64,000 nucleotides of DNA from Candidatus Saccharibacteria bacterium CPR2 (lineage in GTDB: Bacteria > Patescibacteriota > Saccharimonadia > Saccharimonadales > QWHN01), in NCBI GenBank assembly GCA_021404905.1, contig QWHN01000001.1, forward strand, positions 66,162-130,161, read 5' to 3'. Within the stretch, counting starts at the first letter, position 1. Each line of letters opens with the position of its first letter. Below are positions 1 to 8,385 of the stretch, piece by piece. The translations under genes were made by a program, and so were the position numbers. Under the pieces are notes generated by a model that was not told the origin of the DNA, searched no databases, and saw nothing but the letters and a program-made list of their open reading frames with translations.

Positions 1-485
1 TGACGGCAAGTATCATTGCCAAGGGCAGACAGTAAAAATCTTTGCTCTTTTTCAACTTGATCCCAAGTTAAGTTTTCTTCATGCACTAAACGGCCTTGAA
101 AGTCATATTGGTACCTATGGGCAAAATGCAAACCGACTAAATCAAATCCCAGTTGTGTAACAGTTGTTGATTTACTTATATCATAACCGCTGGTTTGAGT
201 ATGTTGCCAAATTAAAGCTTCATCTGCTGAACCAGGGTAGACATTTCTTCCATCCAGAATAATAGAATGTATGTCAAAGCCATCTGGCCGCTTTGAATTT
301 ATAACATCCGCAGGAACTATTAATTCGCCGTTAGAATAAAAACTTGAGACTACTCCAACCTTATGTGGCAAAATCGGCTCAAGATTACTTAGTATTTGAT
401 ACGATTCTTCATAAAAATTAGGAGCATCTGACTCAATAAGTTCTTCAGGACCGCTATAAACATCTGCCGGAAATTTTCTGTACAT
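1..485 (-). CDS. hypothetical protein, partial (N-terminal 161 aa; runs off the window start)
   Basis: Own minus-strand translation. ATG at 483-485 (MYRKFPADVYSGPEELIES...) stays open with no stop to position 1. It is missing from the ORF track because it has no stop inside the window. Confidence 0.5.
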   Translation of the reverse strand, partial: MYRKFPADVYSGPEELIESDAPNFYEESYQILSNLEPILPHKVGVVSSFYSNGELIVPADVINSKRPDGFDIHSIILDGRNVYPGSADEALIWQHTQTSGYDISKSTTVTQLGFDLVGLHFAHRYQYDFQGRLVHEENLTWDQVEKEQRFLLSALGNDTCR

Positions 486-573
486 CCTAAAAACTGATTA
501 TATCATCAACGAAAAGTTTATGTCCAAATTTTGCGGCCTTGGGCTTATGCCTCAAAATAAAGAAACTTGAACT

Positions 574-650
574 TGGTAGCAGCGGCAGGGATCGAACCTG
601 CGGCCTTGGGCTTATGAGTCCCACGCTCTAACCAACTGAGCTACGCTGCC
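574..650 (-). tRNA. tRNA with anticodon CAT (elongator Met or lysidine-type Ile2), CCA encoded
   Basis: The reverse complement GGCAGCGTAGCTCAGTTGGTTAGAGCGTGGGACTCATAAGCCCAAGGCCGCAGGTTCGATCCCTGCCGCTGCTACCA folds as a 77-nt cloverleaf. It has a 7-bp acceptor stem (G1-U72), a GCTC/GAGC D stem, a CTCATAA anticodon loop and a GCAGG/CCTGC T stem with a TTCGATC loop. Confidence 0.9.
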
Positions 651-919
651 TCGCTCCAAGTTTCTTTACTTTGAGGTAAAAATTTTAGAGCTTCTTTACC
701 CCATAAGTTGCAACTTGCTGCGAGATAACTAACTACCTGTCCGCCAAAGTCTTGACGTCGGTGGGAGCTACTCTGCGTAAAATTAATTATTTCGCAAAAA
801 CACTATAACAGATAAGACTGAGCGGGTACAGCAAAATAATTTGAAAAAATAAAGAGCCTTTGACGTTTCATATTACTGAATTGTTAAAGGCTCTTTTTTG
901 TAGATCTATAGTATTGTTT

Positions 920-1081
920 TTAGCAAAACGGGCAACTGTCGTCCTCGCTTTTAGCTTTGATCTTTTTTATGACATCAGAATCTTCTGATTTGGACTGTTT
1001 CGATCCATTCTTTGATTTGGATTGTGGTTTTTTAAAATCAGCTTGGTCTACTGCAAGTCTTCCTAAGCTAAATAGTGTCAT
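920..1081 (-). CDS. small hypothetical protein (53 aa), Lys/Ser-rich with C-terminal CPFC
   Basis: Own translation gives MTLFSLGRLAVDQADFKKPQSKSKNGSKQSKSEDSDVIKKIKAKSEDDSCPFC*. A strong SD (GGGAGGG) lies 9 nt upstream of the ATG, and a hairpin plus T-run (about 850-900) lies downstream. The ORF is below the track length cutoff. Confidence 0.4.
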   Translation of the reverse strand: MTLFSLGRLAVDQADFKKPQSKSKNGSKQSKSEDSDVIKKIKAKSEDDSCPFC

Positions 1082-1230
1082 TTTTGTTTACCCTCCCAGG
1101 ACTTTGCCGTTAAACCAAAATGTGCGCGTCCTGTTTTGTTAATGTTTTTGTTTGTCATTTAAAGCATGACAATTATGATTATACATATAGTTGAATATTT
1201 GTCAATATGCTTGTGTTTATTATTATTTTA

Positions 1231-3942
1231 TTATGCTGTAATTTTTGGAGCCTGGACCTCGGCATATGTTCTGTCGAGTATTATGTCCAGTATTTTCATG
1301 AAGACCAATAAGCCTAGTGAGCCGATAGCAATAAATATCCAGTCTATTGTGTGTATTGGCGCTACTTTAAATATTTTTGCAATCGAAGGAATATAGAGAA
1401 CCAGTATCTGTAGAATCAAGGAGGTGAAAATTGCAACCAGCAACCACGGGTTTGCGAACCACGAGATTTTATATTCAGAACGTATTCCAATAAGCCGGAT
1501 AAGCTCATATATAACCATGGCAACGAATATCACCGCTGTCGCTCGAGCTCCGTCGTGGCCCGGCTCTGAAACAATGTACCAGTAGTGAACAAGCAGTGCT
1601 ACTGTCATCACCATACCAAATATAAACATCTCCAGCCAAATCCTAAAGTTGATAATGCTTCCCTGAAAATGGTTCGGTTTAAACCGCATTATGCCTTTTT
1701 CAGCAGGATCACTCCCAAGCGCAATTGCCGGAAGTCCATCAGTTACAATGTTAATAAATAATAATTGTGCGGCGCTTAATACTAATTTAGAGAAAAATAC
1801 AACTCCGCCAAGCACCGTCAACACCTCAGCTATATTGGCAGATAACAGATAATTCACAAATTTGCGAACGTTATCAAAAATACCCCTGCCTTCTTCTATC
1901 GCGCTAATAATGGTCAGAAACTGGTCATCAAGCAAAATCAAATCAGCAGCCTCTTTCGTAACATCAGTACCGGTGATCCCCATGGCCACGCCAATATCCG
2001 CGGCTTTTATGGCCGGCGCGTCATTCACGCCGTCACCAGTCATTGCAACCTGAAGTTTATGTTTTTGCAATGCTTTAACAATTCTAATTTTGTGTTCCGG
2101 ATTAACCCTAGCATAGACACTGGTCGAGAGTACTTTTTTTTCAAATTCTTCTTCACTAAGCTGATCAATCTCAACACCGGAAATAGCTTCACCGACGATC
2201 CCTATTTCTTTGGCAACAGCGCGAGCAGTTTCAATGTGATCTCCCGTAATCATCACCACTTTCATGCCAGCTTCATTTGTAACGCGTTGCATAACTTCCT
2301 TAACTTCCAGTCTCGGGGGATCCATCATTCCCTGCAGACCCAAAAATATTAAATTTGACTCCACTTCATTTTCGCCTTTTGGCTGAGTCCTTTCCTCTTT
2401 ATATGCCATTGCCAGCACGCGAAGCGCTGAAGACGCCATTTTGCTATTAATCTCTAAAACTTCATCTTTTAATTCTTTGGTTAATTTTTCTATTTTGCCG
2501 TCGATAAATATGCGATCACAATGGTTAAGCAACACATCGGCCGCTCCTTTTGATGCCACTAGAAATTCATTTTCATTGCGGTGAATCGTACTCATGCGTT
2601 TGCGCTCAGAGCTAAAAGGTATTTCATCGATTCGCTGGCATTTTTTTATTTCTTCCTCAAAATTCAGATCAGCTTTCATGGCAGAAACTATTAAGCAGCC
2701 CTCGGTTGGATCTCCCATTACTGATTTGTCTTTTAGTCTTGCATTGTTGCAAAGCATCCCGACTCTAAGCAGCGTATCGAGATTTTTTACATCAGTTAAA
2801 GGCTTATCATTAAGCAAAAAGTTTCCGGCCGTTTCATATCCGGAGCCGGTCACTTCATAAGTTTTTTGACTTGCCCAAATTTGTCTGACCGTCATTTCGC
2901 CCCTTGTTAGCGTACCAGTTTTATCGCTGCAAATTACGTCTGTAGAGCCAAGCGCTTCTACGGCCGAGAGTTTTCTAACGAGAGCATTTTTTGCCGCCAT
3001 CCTGCGAGCTCCAAGCGCTAAAGAGATTCTCACCACAAAGGCCAATCCTTCCGGTATCGCCGCGACTGCCAGGGCAACCGCAGCTGTAAATGCCAAAATT
3101 ACCCGCTGAAGTACTCCTTCATCTTGCAAATCTTTATCCAGAAAATAAATAATCACAAAAACCGCAACACATATTGCCAGAATTATCGCGCCGAGTTTGC
3201 GGCCCAGCTCATCCAGTTTTTTCTGCATAGGTGTTTGATCTTCTTCAACTTCATTGACCATTGTGGCTATTTTGCCGATTTGCGTGTCGTGCGCCGAAGC
3301 AACTACAATTCCTTCAGCTACTCCGGTGGTTACCAAAGTTCCGGAAAACGCCATATTTTTTTGGTCCCCAAGTGCTACAGTTTCGCTGATACTAAGAGTG
3401 TTTTTACTGACTGGTACAGACTCGCCAGTTAAAGAAGATTCATTAACCGACATGCTTTTTACCAAATAAAGCCTGATGTCCGCTGGTATTTTCGTACCTT
3501 CCTCAAGTAAAATAACGTCTCCAGGGACAATATCGATCGCGTCTATCTCAACAATCGAACCTCCACGGCGAACTTTGGCTTTATGCCCAACCAGTTTTTT
3601 GAGAGCTTCGACGGTTTTTTCTGCCTTATATTCGTTAAAAAAGCCGACTAACGCTATTGCGATTACTATGCAATAAATCAAAATAGATTCAGTATAGTTA
3701 TTGTGTTTTTCTAGATATGAAATCCCCAGGGAGACTGTCGCGGCGGCAATCAGGACAAAAATTAAAACGTCGTTAAATTGGCTTAAAAAAAGTTTCAGGG
3801 GTGAAATTTTTTTCGCAGTCTTTAATTCGTTTTTGCCAAACTTTTTTTGTCTTTGAGCGACATCAGCTTGGCTTAAACCAGACTCATACTTAACTCCAAA
3901 TTGATTCTGGATATCGTCTATTGACTGTTTGTAATATTCCAC
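1231..3942 (-). CDS. P-type cation-transporting ATPase (type IIA Ca2+/Mg2+-like)
   Basis: 903 aa. Motifs seen: TGES, the DKTGTLT phosphorylation site, MITGDH, TGDGVNDAPAIK, and about 10 TM segments. Confidence 0.95.
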   Translation of the reverse strand: MEYYKQSIDDIQNQFGVKYESGLSQADVAQRQKKFGKNELKTAKKISPLKLFLSQFNDVLIFVLIAAATVSLGISYLEKHNNYTESILIYCIVIAIALVGFFNEYKAEKTVEALKKLVGHKAKVRRGGSIVEIDAIDIVPGDVILLEEGTKIPADIRLYLVKSMSVNESSLTGESVPVSKNTLSISETVALGDQKNMAFSGTLVTTGVAEGIVVASAHDTQIGKIATMVNEVEEDQTPMQKKLDELGRKLGAIILAICVAVFVIIYFLDKDLQDEGVLQRVILAFTAAVALAVAAIPEGLAFVVRISLALGARRMAAKNALVRKLSAVEALGSTDVICSDKTGTLTRGEMTVRQIWASQKTYEVTGSGYETAGNFLLNDKPLTDVKNLDTLLRVGMLCNNARLKDKSVMGDPTEGCLIVSAMKADLNFEEEIKKCQRIDEIPFSSERKRMSTIHRNENEFLVASKGAADVLLNHCDRIFIDGKIEKLTKELKDEVLEINSKMASSALRVLAMAYKEERTQPKGENEVESNLIFLGLQGMMDPPRLEVKEVMQRVTNEAGMKVVMITGDHIETARAVAKEIGIVGEAISGVEIDQLSEEEFEKKVLSTSVYARVNPEHKIRIVKALQKHKLQVAMTGDGVNDAPAIKAADIGVAMGITGTDVTKEAADLILLDDQFLTIISAIEEGRGIFDNVRKFVNYLLSANIAEVLTVLGGVVFFSKLVLSAAQLLFINIVTDGLPAIALGSDPAEKGIMRFKPNHFQGSIINFRIWLEMFIFGMVMTVALLVHYWYIVSEPGHDGARATAVIFVAMVIYELIRLIGIRSEYKISWFANPWLLVAIFTSLILQILVLYIPSIAKIFKVAPIHTIDWIFIAIGSLGLLVFMKILDIILDRTYAEVQAPKITA

Positions 3943-4097
3943 TTAAAAATCTCTGTTTTTACGCTTAAGCTTATTATATGATACATTGGTCTTGAACCAA
4001 AAAATAAAAATGCATAAATTCAAAACTATAAATCCTTTGCAACGAGTAGCGTCTTTGAGGCATACTATAAGCATTATCAATATGCGTTCTAAAGGAG

Positions 4098-5486
4098 GTG
4101 GGTTTGGCACGACGTAAACGACCGTATGACTACGACTTGATCGTAATTGGGAGCGGTGCCGGCGGAGGTGTTGCCGCCCATATTTTGGCCCGCCAAGGCA
4201 AAAAAATCGCTATAGTTGAGGAAGAACGCATTGGCGGAGAATGTCCAAACTGGGGTTGCATACCGACTAAGGCGCTTCTCAGATCATCCGAGCTTTACCG
4301 CGAAGCCAGGGAAAGTAAAAGGTTTGGCATACGTACGGCTACAATTGGCTATAACTACCACGCCGTAAAAAATTGGGTGGATATCGCAGTCTACAGAACC
4401 GGCACGGCCGAAGGATTGCGGGCATATGAAAGCGAAGGTATACACATTATCAGAGGCAAGGCATATTTCATCTCTAAGCGTGAAATATCTGTCAGCGACA
4501 AACGCTACAGCGCTAAAAAATTCCTGATTGCCACAGGAACCCGTAACTTTGTGCCTCCTATTGTGGGTTTAACTGAATCTGGTTTTTTGACTCATCGTTC
4601 TGTTTTCGACCTAACTCAACCGCCAAGATCGCTGTTTATTATCGGTGGCGGGCCAATAGGTTGCGAATTTGCCCAGGCTTTTTCAGATTTTGAAAGTGGC
4701 GTTGTGATGGCGGAAGTTGGAGAGCGGTTGATCGCAAGAGAAAATCCAGAAGCGGGAGATCTCATAGGCAAAATTTTCCGAAAACGTGATGTTGTAGTAC
4801 TCACCAACACCAAAGTTATAAAAGTGGAAAGAGATCGCGTGAAAAAAATCGTCTATTTCGAGCAAAATGGCAAAATCCATTCGGTTCGAGTAGATAACAT
4901 TCTTCTAGCCGCAGGCATGATTCCAAATACCGACCTTGCTTTAGAAAATGCGAAAGTTGCTTACAATCAACATGGGATTATAGTAGACGAAACCATGCGT
5001 ACCACCGCGCGAAATATTTACGCTGCCGGTGATGTTGCCGGACCGTATCAGTTTACTCACATGGCAACTTACCAAAGTAAAATTGCCGCGCACAATATGT
5101 ATAGCCGTAAAAAATTAGTTGTAGATTATCACGCCGTTCCAAGATGTGTATTTACGAGTCCGGAAGTCGCCTCAGTTGGCTATACTGACGCGCAGGCCCA
5201 AGCCTTCAAGATAAAATTTGATACCGCAAGCGTTGATATAGATATAATCGGCAGAGCTAATACGTCCGATGATCACGAAGGGTTTGTGAAAGTATCGGCC
5301 CGGAAAAAAGACGGGGTTATAATTGGCGCTACTATTGTTGCCCCGCGTGCTGGGGAGATGATTCACGAACTGGCGCTAGCAGTCAACAAGGGGTTAACTG
5401 TCGCTGACGTTGCAAACACAATTCATGCGTTCCCAACTTGGAGCGAAGCCATCCGCGTAGCTTGCCATAAATTAATCAAACAATAA
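4098..5486 (+). CDS. FAD-dependent pyridine nucleotide-disulfide oxidoreductase (class I; dihydrolipoyl dehydrogenase/glutathione or mercuric reductase-like)
   Basis: GSGAGG FAD fold, redox-active GGECPNWGCIPTK (CxxxxC), a second GGGPIG dinucleotide fold, and a C-terminal dimerisation region with HAFPT. Confidence 0.85.
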   Translation: MGLARRKRPYDYDLIVIGSGAGGGVAAHILARQGKKIAIVEEERIGGECPNWGCIPTKALLRSSELYREARESKRFGIRTATIGYNYHAVKNWVDIAVYRTGTAEGLRAYESEGIHIIRGKAYFISKREISVSDKRYSAKKFLIATGTRNFVPPIVGLTESGFLTHRSVFDLTQPPRSLFIIGGGPIGCEFAQAFSDFESGVVMAEVGERLIARENPEAGDLIGKIFRKRDVVVLTNTKVIKVERDRVKKIVYFEQNGKIHSVRVDNILLAAGMIPNTDLALENAKVAYNQHGIIVDETMRTTARNIYAAGDVAGPYQFTHMATYQSKIAAHNMYSRKKLVVDYHAVPRCVFTSPEVASVGYTDAQAQAFKIKFDTASVDIDIIGRANTSDDHEGFVKVSARKKDGVIIGATIVAPRAGEMIHELALAVNKGLTVADVANTIHAFPTWSEAIRVACHKLIKQ

Positions 5487-5488
5487 GT

Positions 5489-5845
5489 CTATTTAAAAAT
5501 CTCAACGATTGGCCCAAAAACTGGCGGAAAAGTAAGAAGAAAGATTAATATTGACGAGGCAACAAACCACATTGCCGCGGTTTTTTCATGTTTACCAAGA
5601 CTCTTTTTATCTAAATTGCCCAGTGTGCCAATAAACAAATATTTGGCTACAAAAAACGCTGCCAGTGCAAACACAAATTTACCAAGCAGCGGTCCAACGG
5701 CGGGGTAAAAATCTAAAACTTTTTTGATTGGTTCGCTAACTTCAGAAGCAACTATCAATACAAAATAAACTGCTATGCCAACAGAACCGGCATATAGCGA
5801 ACTTATGCTTTTTACGTCCTGTGTTGTTGATTCCTTCTTTACCAT
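5489..5845 (-). CDS. hypothetical membrane protein
   Basis: 118-aa ORF with 3-4 hydrophobic segments, adjacent to the next membrane ORF. Confidence 0.6.
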   Translation of the reverse strand: MVKKESTTQDVKSISSLYAGSVGIAVYFVLIVASEVSEPIKKVLDFYPAVGPLLGKFVFALAAFFVAKYLFIGTLGNLDKKSLGKHEKTAAMWFVASSILIFLLTFPPVFGPIVEIFK

Positions 5846-5852
5846 ATTTCCC

Positions 5853-6380
5853 CTACCTTAGTGGCGCTGTTTTAGTAACTAATACCGCTTCTGCCGCGAC
5901 CACCAATACATAAACTAACGATGTAACTATGCCGAACAAAACTACTCTTTTTAGCAAAGGTTTTGAGGATAAACTTTTCCCTTGAGATACAACTATAATC
6001 GCAACCACCAGCATAATTATTAGCGGCGCAAACGCCAAGTGCTCTTTGTGTTCAAAGATAATGGTATGCAGCCAACTTGTTTCCTCTGATGCTTTCAGTA
6101 TGGTTCTGGGGCTAAAATCAGTTTTCTCTCTGTATGGGCGGTAGATAAACATACCCATAAAGTTAAGCAGAAAAATATTTGTAAATAACAGAACTACCAC
6201 TGTTTTAAACCAGTTAAATGCTTTCGCGAATTTATCCAGACTAAAATAGAGAGTTATTGCACAGCCAAATAATATTAGCGAGAACATGGACAACCCGCCG
6301 TGAATATCAGACATAATTTCCCAATAACTCAAAGTCAGGATTTTTTCAGCAAATTCACTAAATGAAGCTAAGAATAACAT
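5853..6380 (-). CDS. hypothetical membrane protein
   Basis: 175-aa ORF with about 5 hydrophobic segments. No motif recognised. Confidence 0.6.
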   Translation of the reverse strand: MLFLASFSEFAEKILTLSYWEIMSDIHGGLSMFSLILFGCAITLYFSLDKFAKAFNWFKTVVVLLFTNIFLLNFMGMFIYRPYREKTDFSPRTILKASEETSWLHTIIFEHKEHLAFAPLIIMLVVAIIVVSQGKSLSSKPLLKRVVLFGIVTSLVYVLVVAAEAVLVTKTAPLR

Positions 6381-6668
6381 TATTGAGTATCATTATTATG
6401 CTTATGCTACAAACTGTCAAACAAATGAAATACATATTATTGACTTAAGTATTGTAATTACCCCTGTAGGTTGATATTATTGAATTGATCGAAGAATGGA
6501 AGAGCCTCGAACTTGTTCTATCTTGTGATGTGGAGTGGAGCTCCGACGTTTCAGTCGGAGCAAGCAGTTGACTCCGATCGACAGTATCGGAATGGCAACT
6601 TCCACTGTCGCTTATCGGCTATAATGGACAAGAATGTGGTTACATAATCAAATTTGATCATTAATTAT

Positions 6669-6743
6669 TGCGGGGTGGAGCAGTGGCAGCTCGCGTGGCT
6701 CATAACCACGAGGTCGCAGGTTCGAGTCCTGCCCCCGCTACCA
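6669..6743 (+). tRNA. initiator-type tRNA-fMet (CAT), CCA encoded
   Basis: TGCGGGGTGGAGCAGTGGCAGCTCGCGTGGCTCATAACCACGAGGTCGCAGGTTCGAGTCCTGCCCCCGCTACCA. It shows a 1:72 mismatch, a GCGGGG-TGGAGCAG 5' end like bacterial initiators, and a CTCATAA anticodon loop. Confidence 0.9.
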
Positions 6744-6750
6744 AGATATG

Positions 6751-6776
6751 AAACCGACCATAGCGTCGGTTTTTTA
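6751..6776 (+). terminator. intrinsic terminator after tRNA-fMet
   Basis: ACCGAC-catagc-GTCGGT hairpin followed by TTTTT. Confidence 0.7.
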
Positions 6777-6780
6777 TCTT

Positions 6781-6919
6781 GATGGGGCAGAACTCCGGTT
6801 CTGCGACCGAGATTTTCTGAAAGAAAATATCGTAGTCGCAGGTTCGGTCATGACGAGCACGCACAGATGCTTGCATCGAGCATGCGAGGAAATGTGCTTT
6901 GTCTCTGCCCCCGCTACCA
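6781..6919 (+). pseudogene. tRNA-fMet-derived tRNA-like segment (degenerate second copy with ~54-nt insertion in the T-loop)
   Basis: It repeats GTCGCAGGTTCG (6835-6846 vs 6713-6724) and CTGCCCCCGCTACCA (6905-6919 vs 6729-6743). The 5' part, ttGATGGGGcaGAACtccgGTTC, mimics the acceptor and D arm. A long arm ends in the 7-nt loop CTGAAAG. Confidence 0.5.
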
Positions 6920-7179
6920 GGACGCATGATCATCTATACGGCTCCTTGCATTCCGCACCTCCGCCTTGCCAGAAATAAAATCAAGCACCCCGGTACGAAG
7001 GTAGACGAGAATTGCAAAGACTACCAAGGGGATCGCGTCATGTCATGCACAGATGTTATCGAGCATAAAATTGTATATATGCTTTTTTTCTGCTTGTTTT
7101 TCTAAGGCCTTGGCGGAATAAGCTGTTACTAAGCATAAGCTTATTGATTAAATTTGTTTTAGGCTGATAGTATATAAAT

Positions 7180-8193
7180 GTGAGTACTCTAAAAAAACAA
7201 CGCGGTTTTGCAATTGTTGAGTTAATAGTTGGACTTATTGTTATTGCTGCCATATCATTCGTTGGCTATACAGTTTATAAAAAAGTTACTAATAAAAAGG
7301 GCCAGGAAACTTCTACGAATCAAACCGCCCAAACTGATAATAATGAAAGTGAATTGAAGTTCGACAGCGATCCCGTCAGCTCCGACCCTATCGGCGATAA
7401 AATGGGCCCTTTCTATCACGATATTTACCTAACCACTGGGCAAGATGGGCTAACATTCAACGGCAAAGGCAAGAAATTAATCGAGCACGCATCCGTCCCA
7501 GACATTATTAGGCTCAAAGATGGCCGACTTGCAATTTATGCAGTAGATGCGGCAAAACGTAGTAAATCCGGCTTGTTAGTCGGAATATCAAAGAACGGTG
7601 GCGAAACATGGCAGTTTGGATCGGTTCGTTTTAACGCAACTCAAAATAAACCTGTTACTGGAGCTGATCCAGAGGTTGTTCTAACAGAAGATGGCAAAAT
7701 CCGATTGTATTTGCTAGTGCATGGCGGAGGGCCGGCACAAAACGGCATGCCGGCTTCAGGCGTCAAAAACAAAGTCCAAAGCGCTCTGAGTACTGATGGA
7801 ATCAACTTTACACCCGAAGACGGAGTGCGCGTAGAATACGCTGAAATTACTGACCCTGATGTAATAAAAATTGGCGACATTTGGTATGCCTATATCTCGC
7901 AAGGCCCTAAAAATATAGCATTTACTTCTGCTGATGGTTTGACTTTTAATGAGGCCAAGACAATTCGCGGCTCAGGCTCAGTCTCAAATACAGTTGATAT
8001 AGGTGACAATCAATTCAGGCAATATTACTGTGGGGGCTCAGCCATTAAGAGTGCCGTAACTACAGACGGCCTTAATTTTACTGACGATTCGGGTAACAGA
8101 CTTGAGCCGGATTCTGGTGAATATATTTGCGACCCTGCGCCCGTAAAAGTCGATTCCACATGGTTAATGGTTTACAAAGTCGGCCACAATTAA
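7180..8193 (+). CDS. type IV pilin-like signal (prepilin cleavage/methylation motif) fused to a BNR/Asp-box beta-propeller (sialidase/glycosidase-like) domain
   Basis: N-terminus KQRG|FAIVELIVGLIVIAAISFVGY has G-1, F+1 and E+5. Asp-box-like SKNGGETW, STDGINF and TTDGLNF follow. Start codon is GTG. Confidence 0.7.
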   Translation: MSTLKKQRGFAIVELIVGLIVIAAISFVGYTVYKKVTNKKGQETSTNQTAQTDNNESELKFDSDPVSSDPIGDKMGPFYHDIYLTTGQDGLTFNGKGKKLIEHASVPDIIRLKDGRLAIYAVDAAKRSKSGLLVGISKNGGETWQFGSVRFNATQNKPVTGADPEVVLTEDGKIRLYLLVHGGGPAQNGMPASGVKNKVQSALSTDGINFTPEDGVRVEYAEITDPDVIKIGDIWYAYISQGPKNIAFTSADGLTFNEAKTIRGSGSVSNTVDIGDNQFRQYYCGGSAIKSAVTTDGLNFTDDSGNRLEPDSGEYICDPAPVKVDSTWLMVYKVGHN

Positions 8194-8254
8194 TTACATA
8201 TAAATTTTTTTATTGTTCTTAGACTTCAAATTATAATACGCGGTTAATTGTTTC

Positions 8255-8284
8255 TTGACTTTTTATAACAATTATGTCTACAAT
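8255..8284 (+). promoter_or_regulatory. candidate sigma70-type promoter for the DEAD-box helicase (long ~100-nt 5' UTR)
   Basis: TTGACT (8255-8260), an 18-nt spacer, then TACAAT (8279-8284). Confidence 0.35.
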
Positions 8285-8385
8285 AGTCTAAGTTGTTTTC
8301 AATGGATCCGGGTTTAGTAGCCAAATTACTCGATTTCATTCTGGCAATCTGAGTAATATAACTGTAAACAAAAGGATCTTTTTTA

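Noticed and set aside
1862-3676. Six plus-strand ORFs (63-102 aa) inside the P-type ATPase gene. Similar antisense ORFs lie inside gdhA (10667..10996), the helicase (8391..9023), hsdR/hsdMS, the scaffoldins (37423..39062, 40732..41388) and the receiver genes (56501..57036, 57091..57507).
   Set aside because: They are antisense shadows of long, motif-supported genes. They have no SDs and low-complexity translations.
6784-7130. Possible tmRNA. The 5' end GGGGCAGAACTCCGGTTCTGCGAC resembles the tmRNA 5' consensus GGGGCUGAUUCUGGAUUCGAC.
   Set aside because: No tag-peptide reading frame ending in ..AA-stop is visible. No T-arm/acceptor/CCA 3' end complementary to GGGGCAG is followed by N-CCA at a suitable distance. 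The only CCA-terminated stretch is the duplicated tRNA-fMet 3' end.
6700-7253. Track ORFs 6700..6933(-), 6748..6978(+), 6899..7105(+) and 7056..7253(-).
   Set aside because: They overlap each other and the tRNA-fMet gene, its terminator and the tRNA-derived repeats. None has an SD, and their composition looks like structured or non-coding DNA. I treated them as non-coding.
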